A stretch of 64,000 nt of DNA from a virus, in the IMG/VR virus record IMGVR_UViG_3300021364_000006, one strand, 5' to 3'. This document shows positions 46,518 to 58,500 of the stretch, piece by piece; position 1 is the first letter of the stretch; every line of letters starts with the position of its first letter. The position numbers and the translations under genes were made by a program. A model generated the notes under the pieces. The model ran no database searches. It had not been told where the DNA came from and saw nothing but the letters and a program-made list of their open reading frames with translations.

Positions 46518-49500
46518 TTATAAGAAGATAATCTTATTGAGACTTCCCGTATTTCTGAGACCCAAACCACGTCTTGAAAGTGATGGGAATGATGAGAGCC
46601 CAACGTCTACGGTATTACCGCTGACAGTTAGTGAAATTGGGTCAGTGGATCTTGTAAAGTTTGCAAGTCTTCCCCAAGAGAATTCACCAATATCTGTTCC
46701 AGTTGTAGTAGCAATTCCAACAGTATCAGTGTCAGACTTGATATTACATGTAATAATACCAGTGTTGCCTTCAAGTTGGAACGCATTTACAATATAGATG
46801 TTGTTGAGAACTGTTGTACCAACACCAACCACAGCAGAATCATCCGCATTTACAGAAGTCACCCCGTTTCCTGTAACAGTATCTTTTACAAAAATTGGAT
46901 ATCCTTCAAGTAGAGTTGGTAACAGTGAAACTGGGCCGGAATCACTCAAGTCAACTTGGAACTTGAGTGCCAATGGGTGGCTTCCAGTTCCAGTTGTGGT
47001 TCCAATTCCAGTAATAATTCCAGCATAACCAAGAATCACATCTGAATCCGTGAAAGTATCAGTTTCTGCAGCCTGAAGTTCAACAATAACTTGGGGATTA
47101 GTATTTTGATATCCAACACCCTCATAATCAATACTCACGGAAGTTACAATTCCTCCAGATGCACTAGCGGAAAGAATCGCTGTAGATCCAACACCAACAA
47201 TTCCATATTTTGGTCTGTCTATTCTTGGTGGATTGGCAATTGAGATTTCAACCGCACCATCAGCATATCCAGCACCACCATCAACAATTGTCAAAGCGGA
47301 TATTGTTCCTGCCGTTGATACTGTGGCAGTAACAGAAGCTGCAACTGGTTCATTTTGGTTTACGATAAATCCATCAGCAACAACCAGACCAGTATTTCCA
47401 TCATCTTGCTCATATCTGAATAGATTTGCACTCTCAACGAAAATTTCAGTATCACTTGCACTGAGATCTTTAATAATCTTAGTGGTTGGCATAACTTGTG
47501 CTTCTAAAGATTCTCTGATTTTTGGTTGAATTTGTTCAGAGATAATAATATCTTTCTTTTGTCTTGTGAAACTAATTGGTCTAAAGACATCAGCGTCAAT
47601 ACCCTGATTTCTATAAACATTGGTTTCAATGTCAGTAGAATCTTTGATGGAGAAGATTGTTCTTTCATCTTGTGTGATGGTATCTGTTCCATCATATTTC
47701 TTGAGTTGAACTTCATCACCAGGTTTGACAGTTTCAAAGACGGTTACGATGAAACTATCAACTCCCCTTGTCCCTCTATAGAAATAGATGGAAATTTCAT
47801 CAGATGGGCCTGGAGGTGAAGTAAAGTTGAAGTTGAAACTTGTACCACCTTCAAAGAAATAATCCTTTTTGGGCACTTGAACAACACCATTAACAAAGAG
47901 TAAGAGAACAGAATCCAAATCGATTTGAACAGATCTTTGGTTTGTTGGATCTGTTTGGAAACTTAGTGGATTTCCATTCAGATTTAGTGGGAATCTGGTT
48001 CTTACACCATCTTGAAGACTTCTGATAGAATCAATATAGTCAATTTGACCAAAATTCCATGAAGAGAATGTGTCATTAAGAACGTCAATTACTTCTAACT
48101 GGAATTCTTCATATCCAGTTGTAATTCCCGCAGCCGTAACCAAACCAACTGGTTTAAAGATATCACCTTTCTTAAAGGCAAATCCTGGTCTGGAGAGTGC
48201 ATAGTTAGTAACACCAAACAAGTCAGTTCCAAATCCAACAGTAGCAGCAGATCCAACAATGCAATCAACTGATAATCCTTTTCCAGTTTCTGTCGTGGCA
48301 CCAATACCAAGTCTGTTTACACCCTCAATCGGAAGATCTCCATATGATGGATCAGGAATATTAATAACTGGATTTGTATATCCAGAACCACCACCCACAA
48401 TTGTAAATTCTAAAGTACCACCTGTTGAATTTGATGAAGTTCCAACGTTAACAGTAATCTGAGTTGCTGTTGGTGTTGAAAGAACTGCGAGATCTGTATC
48501 AGAAGCTGGATCTGTTGGACGGGGATATGGATGTGTAGATTGATGATTATCTTGAGCACATGTAAATGTTATTGAACGATCTGCAATTCTAATTGTATTT
48601 GCAGTTGTCAAACCATGCGATCCAGTAAATGTCAGAGTAAGAATTCCAGTTACAGGATCATAATTTGCATCACTTACTGTTAGTGTTCCACCAATACTTC
48701 TAGTGACTCCATCATCAGTAGCAGAAACGAATATATGTACATTATCAGGAATTGTTGCTGTAATCGTAGCAGCTGCACCAGAGTGACCAACCTCCTCAAC
48801 TTCAATATCAACATTACCAAAATATCCAGATCCAAATGATAGATAGTTGAACTTGGCAGCCTCAGCAACTACACCACCTCTTCTTCTATTGGGAACGAAG
48901 GTGTGAGCAAATCCAACTTTAAATACATCAACCATGAATTGAGTATCTGAAAGAATGGTATCAATTTCATATGGACCAACTGTCTTAACTCCAAATACAA
49001 TTCCATGGTCATCATAAATGTGATCGATTGTGGAGATTCCAACGTTAGTAATAATTTGATTATCAGAGGGAAGATCAAAGATCTTATATTCAAATCCTTG
49101 AGTACCATCTGGGAAGATTGAAGTTGTAATACCAGTTCTAATCTTACCAGTACCAGAAACATATTCATGATCAATTGTTGAAATTCCAACGTTGGTAACT
49201 AGAGTAGTTCCTGCACTTCCAGCGTTTACATTGAATATAAATCCTTGTGTTCCATCGGGGAAGATAGTTGTAGTAACTCCAAGATGTTCAGAAGAACAAG
49301 TAAATTCAACATCACGGATCATTACCAAGTCACCATCACTTAATCCATGATTTTCTAGTGTTAGAATTGTGCTAACACCAGTTGATGCAGTGTAATCAAA
49401 GTCATACAGACCAATTTCATTATCATATGCGAGACAAGTCATCGCAATACCAGATAGATTGATTACATCACCGATTGCAAGTCCACTATGATTCTTCTTA

Positions 49501-52500
49501 GTTGTAATAGTTGAGAATCCAGTTGTCTTATCATATTCAAAGTTGGAGATTGCAAAAGGAATGCCTCTATTATCTGGGAATCTGGTGGTTGTAAATCCAG
49601 TTTCAACAACTCCACCACCGATATAAGTATGTGCAAAACCAACAGGATTTACATTAGTGACAAATGTTGTTGGACCAACAATGGAGTCAACCAAATAACT
49701 ATCAGCATAGGTCACACGATTTAGATGACCAGTGTGATCAACATATGTGTGAGCGATTGTTGAAATACCAACATTAACTGTTAGTGTTGTAGCCGTAGAT
49801 CCAGTAACTTCAAATTCATCAATTACAGTATCAGGGAAGATTGTTGTGGTAACTCCAGAGTGCTCAGAATCGCATGTGAATTCAAGATTTGCAAGTCTTA
49901 CAAAAGATCCAATTCCTATTCCATGTGTTCCTTTTGTTGTAATGGTGCCAACACCTGAAGACTCAGTATAATCAAATCCACTAATACCCCACTGAGTTCC
50001 TAGATCACTTGAGAATCTATCAGTAGTAACACCAATTTCTACTGCAGCTTCACTTGTTCCAGTTGGGATGTGAGGAATTGTAGAAACACCAACTTGTGTC
50101 TCAAACTCAGTTGTACTATTTCTCTTAGTTACAATATTAAAGATTCTACCATTTGTTCCGTCTGGGAAGAATGTTGTAGTGACACCAGCATGTTCAGATG
50201 AACATGCAAATTCAAATCTCTCAAGTTTAACTTGCATTCCAACATTTAATCCATGAACAAGATTGGTGGTAATCGTCATGATACCAACAACATTGTTATA
50301 ATCAAATGTGGTAACACCAACTCGCTTGTTATAAGATCCAGCAGGACAGATCATTTGAAGATCCTTGAACTGGACTCTCATGTCCTTATTGAGATTATGA
50401 TTGTCTGATGTAGTGACAGTCATGATTCCAGAAACATGATCATAATCAAGAGTGGAAACACCGACTAAACTATCGTATCCACTGGTACAGTCAAACTGAA
50501 TGTTTCTGAAATCAATGAAGTCACTGTACTTGAACCCATGGGGGCCGTCAGTAGTTACAGTTCCAATGCCACTTACACCATCGTAAATAAAGTCTGTGAT
50601 TGTTGTATAAGTTCCTACCGTATTAAATCCGATGATATCCGTAATTGTTCCAGCAGCATTAACGTTTGCAATTACTTTAGCACCAACTAGAGGAGCAATG
50701 CCTAATCCACCAGAGGATGCAATTGAAACAATTACACCACCATTTGGTAGTTGGTTTTTAACTGCATCCAGATCACTGATATATGGATCACCAGAAAGTA
50801 ACTTGGTTCCACTGAACTCCACATTTACATTATCTTCATCAGATGTGATTGTGTATACGTTTAGTGGGTTGTTATCTGTGGATTGTCCTTGGTGAACACC
50901 GTTGATGAATAAAAGTCCACTTCCACTAGAAGTATCCAATCCAACTGGATAATTTCCACCATCAACAGTTAACGCAAATGTTCTACCAATACCAGTGAAT
51001 TCTGGTGAAACATCATCATATAATTCATTTGTAGCATAATCATTTCTTAGATAAACACGACCACTGAATTCTGATCTAGTAAAGGGAAGTCCTCTTTCAT
51101 CAGTAATGAAGTCACCACCAGCACCCCTTGGTGTATCTACAAAGTAGACATCACTTTCTACAATGTTAAATGCACCTCTATGGACAATAACTTCAGATTG
51201 ATTCGAGTGTGTTACGGCTTTCGTTCCAACAAATCCTCTTTGAACATTTGCCAATTGGAATGTACCAACACCAGTGATTGGACCAGCACCAGTTGTACCC
51301 AATCCAACATTCTGGATATTCATGAATTCATCATCAATTAAGAGAATATAATCAGGAACCAGTGTAGAAATACCAGAGAGTGGAATAAATGTATTACCAA
51401 CACCGAGATCTTCGATGAGAGTGTGTGTTACGAGAGTTCTTGAAATTGGAGCCTGAACAACACCATCGAGAATAATTAGTGATTTTTCAAGTTTCTTGGT
51501 TGTATCAATTAAGTGATTATTACCTGCACCAATTCCTGTTGGTTCAATTCCAATATTCTTGAGTGCAAAGTCTTTCTTAGTTGCAAGTTTGATATTGTTA
51601 TTATCAATTCTAATTACGAATAGATCTTCTGGAAGAACATTTGTCGTAAATCCAGAGAAATATGATTGTCTACTTGTAGTCGCAGTTGCGACTGCAGACA
51701 TGGTAATACCGATACCAAGTCTCTCCGAATAATATGTACTACCAACACCAACAGGAACATTATTTTCAACAGTGATTTGTTGATCACCGATTGCAGTTAC
51801 AGTTCCAAATCCAGTTTCTGTGACAAGTTCTCTAATTGTATCGCCAATGGCAATGATTGTGGTGTTTGCAATGCCAGTAATGACTTTGGTGCCATCAGAG
51901 TCTCCAAGGAAGAATCTAAATGTGTTACCGATACTTACAATCGTAGCACCAGCTGCAACACCAGGACCAAAGAATTCATCACCAACTGCGATTCCAGTAT
52001 TTGTACTTGCAGCAGAAACAATATCTACACCATCTCTAATATCACCAATTACTCCACCACCACCAGCAGTTGTAGAACCAATTGTGATAGATTCTGAATT
52101 GATACCAATAATAGTTGATCCAGGGGAATACTTAACATTTTGACCAGAGTTTAAGAAATGACTCTCAAGGAAAATATTTCCTGTTGTAGAATCGAATACA
52201 GAGGAATTTCCAGGATTAAATCTTCTTGCGAAAATTGGATATCCTTCATATGCAAGAGTAAAGTTAGTTCTATCTTGTGGTGTATAGATTGACTGAATTA
52301 CTTCCTCAATGACAGTACCTGCACCAAACTCATCAATTGAAAGTATGTTTGTATCTTGATCTCCGTAAATAATTTCACTAAATTCTTCAATTCTGATTTG
52401 ATCACCAGCAAATTTGCTATCTGGTTTGAATAGCAATTTGGCAAAGATTCCATCATATTCCGATGTAAATGTACCAAGACCAATAGCAGTATTTACTCCT

Positions 52501-55500
52501 AGTTGGGGATATTCGAGTACAAAAATGTCTCTTTGACCAGCCTCTTGAGTCATCATGACTTGACTCATGGACTGTGTATTTCCACTTGATACTCTAATTA
52601 TGGACTTAGAAACACGATCAAATAGTGATGTAATTCCAACAACAGTAATACCATAACCAGCCATGGTTTCTTCAATTACATTAGACTCTAGTCTTGCGGT
52701 TCTTTCAGTACCGTCTGCCTGAGTTGTTAGTTTGAAGAATGTAGATCTAATACCAACGCTAGTTGTGGTAAATCCAATTACGTTGGATTTGACCAGAGTT
52801 GGATTGCCAACGTTATTATGGAACTCTAATTTTACAACATCGTCAGTTCCACTAGTATCATAATTTACGCCAAAAGTACCAATTGGACTATAGTTTAATA
52901 ATCTATCACTAGTATCAAATCCATAATCAGCAATGAATCCATTTACACCATCATGAAGAACAGACACTTCAGCATATTGACGCTCAGAAGTTACTTCATC
53001 TAAAATTTCAACGTATGCAAACGCTGAATTAAATTCACTAGATGCAAGACCAACTATTTGCTCAGTAGAACCAATTCCAACAGATGTTGTGACACCGATG
53101 AGTGTGGTGTCCCCGATGACAACAGATCCAATACCACTTGTTCTTGAGTCGAACAATTGACGGAAAGCTTTTAAGTTATAAGTTTTATCTGGATTGGAAG
53201 GTGTGAATCTAAGATTCATCGTTCCAAATACTTGATCGTAGAATGCTGTAATTTCACCTAGACTTTCTCTTTCTTCTTCAAGACTAACACCCAATTGTGG
53301 GTTTGACTTGATGTTAGATTTTTCAAGAATGTATGAATTGTTATTTCCATCAGAAAGAATTACAACATCATAAACCTGATAAGATGTTAAATCAATAGCA
53401 TCGGTTACAATAACTGTAAATCTTGAATACCCTGTTCCTGCAGGGAATGAAATAATATCTTTAAAAGTACCAACTAAGTTTTCTCTGTCAATAAATGACT
53501 CACTGATATCATCAATTTGAAGAACTCTGTTTGTAATACACTCAATATAATTTGTTAGTTTTTTAGTTCCAAACTTAACAGAGTTTGTAGCAACTTGAGT
53601 AATGTTAGTTACATTTTGATCAACATCAGTATCAACGGCAAAGTCGAAGAAATTGTTAGTTGTTACATCTGATTGATTGAACAAATCAATCACTAATGAT
53701 TGTGTTCCATCCTCAATTGCATTAGTAGCAGCAACAGCAACAGAAGTGACTTCAGTATCTGCAAAATTCTTTGTTCCAGAAATGTGTGCAAGACGATTGA
53801 CTGGACCGATTAGATCTTCATATTTTACAGGACTCTTAATACTATATGCCAGTCTTTGATAATAATCATTATCAGGAACGACTTGAGTGTCTTCATTTAA
53901 AAGACCTCTATTATCCAACCAACCAAAATTAATAGTTGAACCATAACCAACATCATAGAAAGCATTAAATCTCTTGGCTTCAACAACGATGGCTTCTGCA
54001 CCAGAGACAGAACCATAGACTTTATCTCCAGGTTCTAATTCATATGCACCTCTAGTTTTGAAAATAGCATCTTCATTTGACTCAACAGTCAAATTAATCT
54101 TAGTTCTTTCTCCAGATGCATTAACTAATTCTAATGGTTCATTATTAATGAAAGGTTTGGGAGCAATTTCAACAAAGAATGTGGGATATGCATCTTTCTT
54201 TACGATAGATCCAAAGTTTACGTTAGTAACACCAACACCAGGAGATCCAGTTCCGATGCCAGATAGATCAATTGTGACTTCAGCAGGGTTAATACCGCCA
54301 TTGAAACTTGTTACTTCAAAGAATCTAAATCCATAGTCTTTTGAGTTAAATCCATCACCTTCTCCAGTATATTCTTGAATACCATCAACAAATACTTCAT
54401 CTCCAGGAGCTAATGGATTTGTAGTGAATCCTAGAACAGGTGTCACAACCGTTAGAGTCATGATACCAGTTTGAACACTATCAATTTTAGTGATACTTAG
54501 TCCGTTATCATTAATTAGACTGAATACACTATGTCCAACACCCTGAAGTCCAGATCCTGAATTGACAATATCTACAGAGTCAATACTACCACCATCCAAG
54601 TTGGCAAGTAGAGATACTCCATCAACTTGTTCATTTGTAACTGAGTTTACAAGAACTAGATTGGGAGCACTAATGAAATTTCTACCACCAAAGACAGGTC
54701 TAACAGAACCAGTTGTAAAATAATCAGTTACTTCATGGAGAGCTGGAATATCAGCGACTGGTTTTAGAGTTTTATCTACTGCAAAATCAAATCCTGGTTT
54801 CTTAACTTCAACAAGATTAAGACGACCAATTTCTTGTGATTTTGGAATTAACTCGGCATCAACACCAATTTCTGATGTGATTGTGCTTATTCCAGGGAGT
54901 CTATCATATTCAAATCCCTGTGATAAAATATCTATTTTGGAGATACCACCAAAAGCACTAGTTGATCTTGTCGTATACTCAATCTTGTCAACTTCGGATT
55001 TGACATATGAGTCTTTTTCTGGTTTGTCTGGGAGATTAATTAGGAATGTTGTAGCTGTAGTTCCTAATCCAACAACTGTTGATTGTTTGGAATATTCACT
55101 ATCAATATACAGAATTCTTGAGAAATTTTGTGTTGCATCATCTGATTCAACCAAAGTATTGTCTGATATTTTTTCTAAGTTGTAGAAAAGTTGCTCTGGT
55201 AGATATTCATTAAATTGAATTGTGGCACTAGCAGTTCCTAGTCCGACAGTTCCTATTCCTATGATTTCAAATGCGGTAGACTGGCCTGTTCCTACAATTT
55301 CATTTCTATATTCTTTATCATAGAAAATTTTAAAATTATATCCAGACAAAGTTGGATCTGACAGGTCAAATTTAAGACTATTATTTCTTGTTACTTCTAT
55401 CTCTGGGTTAACTTTAGAAATTGTATGTGATGAACCACCAACAGTAGTAAATCCAACCAATGTCAGAGTTTCTCCAGACAAGTCAGTTAGAGTTTCTGCA

Positions 55501-58500
55501 AGAGAGAATGAATCTGGATCACCAGAGAAGACAAAATATTTTCCAGTGTCAATACCTGTTGTTTCATCAGCATTATAGAATACTAAATCTCCAGTGACTA
55601 AACCATGACTTTCAATATTGAATCTTGAACTTGAAAGACCAACAGAAGATGAACTGAACCCAATTTGATCAACTACAACGTTTTGAATAAATTCTTCAAA
55701 CTTAATTCTTACAGCCGTTGATGTTCCAATGCCAACAGTTAGATTTGGTTTTACCTCGAATTTAACTGTATCATCTTTTTGTAATCCATGAGAAGATCCA
55801 GTTGAAACTCTTGCAGTAAGTCTCTCAACTTTACCAGTTATTTGCTTAAAGTTTGATTGAACTTGATATTCATAATCATCCGAATCACAACTAATAAAGT
55901 TAATCTCAGTAGAATCCAGTGTTGTTTTAATGCCAATGGTGTTGGGACCTTTGTTGACAACATATACTAATTGTTCTTGACCACTTATTGGTAAGTTAAA
56001 TGTTGCACCAGCACCAACTGTAGATACTGCGATAGGATTACGATCACCTGGTTTAATAATTTTAATTTCTTGATTATCAACGAATGGATGATTCTCAAGA
56101 TAGATTGAATATGTTGGAATACTTCTATCTGTTGTTATGCCACCAATTTCATATGATCTATCTACTGCGATACCAGTAGTTGTTCCAAATCCAACTGATT
56201 CGGTTGGATTGAAATATACAACGTCATTTGGTTTGGAATCTAAAGTTGCTCCATCGAAAGAAAATATAAATTGACTTGGCTTGACTGTTAGTGCAGCACC
56301 AACAGTGTGTCCAGAACCAGTTGTTCCTCTCTTGACTCTAATAATATTATTAAATCTTCCAAAAATATTTAATGGTTTAAAAACATTTAAAACAGTTACA
56401 GTTTCATCGTTAATTTCAATTTCAGTGTTTGGTCTTAAAAACTCAGGAACTCTCGAAACTGGAAGATCTGTGGTCATTCCACCCACAGATTCTAATGGAA
56501 CATTCTCAGTTAAACTAAAATCATCAATTGGAACACCAATCGCCTTATCACCTGCTAACTGAGCAACATAAGTAGAAAGACCAGATATCTTAACGATATT
56601 TCCAGCTTCAAGATCGTGATAAGTTGAAATAGAGGCAATTACTTGATTATCATTTAAAGTTTCAAATACAAACTTATCGTATGTTAAAAATTCTTTTGTA
56701 ATACTTTGAACATCTGTTCCAGTAACCTCAAATACCTGAGCTGCAACTGCACCACCAGTGGTTCTAGTATTATCAAATACAACACTATCACCAACTTTAT
56801 AATTTCTACCTTTATTAACAATAGCAAGACCAGTTACGCCACCAGTAGATCTTGATTGTACAGTAATATCTTGATTATCAAAATTATATGGTTGGGTGAA
56901 GAAGTCATAATCTGCACCAACTACAGCTACATTGTATGGGAAAGTATTTCTAATTAATTCATTTCCAATAAAATCAAAATCTTGAGTTAGTGATAGTGAA
57001 GATCCAGCAAGATTTTCTGGTACAATATTGGATCTGTAAGAATTTCCAACGAAATATGGGAAACTAGATACAAGATCCCCAGTAAATGAATCTAATTTTA
57101 GTGTTGCAAAATAAGCATAAGTTCCATTTGGAAATTCTGGAGTTTTTGTAAATCTACCATTATGCTTATCGAGATCACCAGAATCATTGAATATGTAATC
57201 TTCTAAGAACAGTCCAGATTCAAATCCAGAGGGTCTGTCTTCGACTTGTGTAATATCAATAGTATATCCAGACTCAATCAGTTTAATGATTGATGTTGTG
57301 CTATCTGGATCAGTATAACCATAACACCCATAAATTGGATTTCCATCATAAGCCCACCCAATTAGAGGTGAATGTTTTGTTGAATCTAAATCTTGGAAGT
57401 CTGCTTGTAACTTTGGATTATATCCAACAGCACAATACTGAAGTCCATTTTCACCTTTATCAATTAAAGCCTCTCCATTGTAGTCGGCAAATCTAACTCT
57501 GTTGTTAATAGTCAGATTTCTAACAGATGGACGTAAAAGTGCCCCAGACCCTCTCGAAACACCCTCAACTGAGGTGTTTGATGCAACATAGTTGTTACCA
57601 GTTCTTAATATAATTACGTCAGTAACATTTCCATTATCATTCACAAGTGCTCTGGCTTTACATCCAGATCCAGATTCACTACTAATAACAACATCTGGTG
57701 GAGAGAAATAATTAGTTCCAGGTTGTGTTACTAAGATATCAATAATTTTCTTATCAACAATTACTGGTTGCAATTCTACACCAGTGCCAGTTTTAATATC
57801 TACAGTTGGTCTCTTGTGGAAATTAAGTACCTTTGATCCATATGATGAACCACCATCATACAATAAAGTATCTATAATTTCACCTTTAACAACAGGTGTA
57901 GCTGTAACCACACCAACAGTGTTTGCAATTGATACTGCAACATCAACAGTTACTGGTGGATAATTAAAAGTATGAAGACCAGTTCCAATACCTGTGATTC
58001 TTTCGGCAAGACCTCTGTTGAAATTGGTGGGATTAGTTCCTGCTACACCAGCATTTGCAATTCTAAAATTATTGTCATCAATTTTTAAAATATAGTATTG
58101 ATCCTCAGTTGATAGTTCTGGTATCTTATCACCAGATGCAGAATAAGTAACTAATTCACCTGTGGAGTATCCATGATTTTTGAAATTAAATGAATTGTTT
58201 GAAGTCGTAATCCCTGTAGTTTGAATAGCGACAGCTCTATTTTCATAACCAGATCCACTATCTAAAACATTAACACCTGTTATTTGTTTTGTTTGGTTTG
58301 CTGTCCTAAACTTATGGAAACCACCACTATTACTACCAGTACTAAATCCAACAGTGTTTATACCACTGTTAAAATCTGCAATACTTTCATACAATCTAAA
58401 TGATGTTGGATCAATAATTTCAGTAAAATATTTACCACCAGTTTCTAAGAAATTTCCTGTGAAATTAGTTTGCCCAAAACCAGTGATAGCGATTGATTTG

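Noticed and set aside
48990-50330. Repeats in gp7 as a diversity-generating retroelement TR/VR pair
   Set aside because: Similarity is mainly at protein level with synonymous divergence, mismatches are not adenine-specific, and there is no reverse transcriptase in the window.
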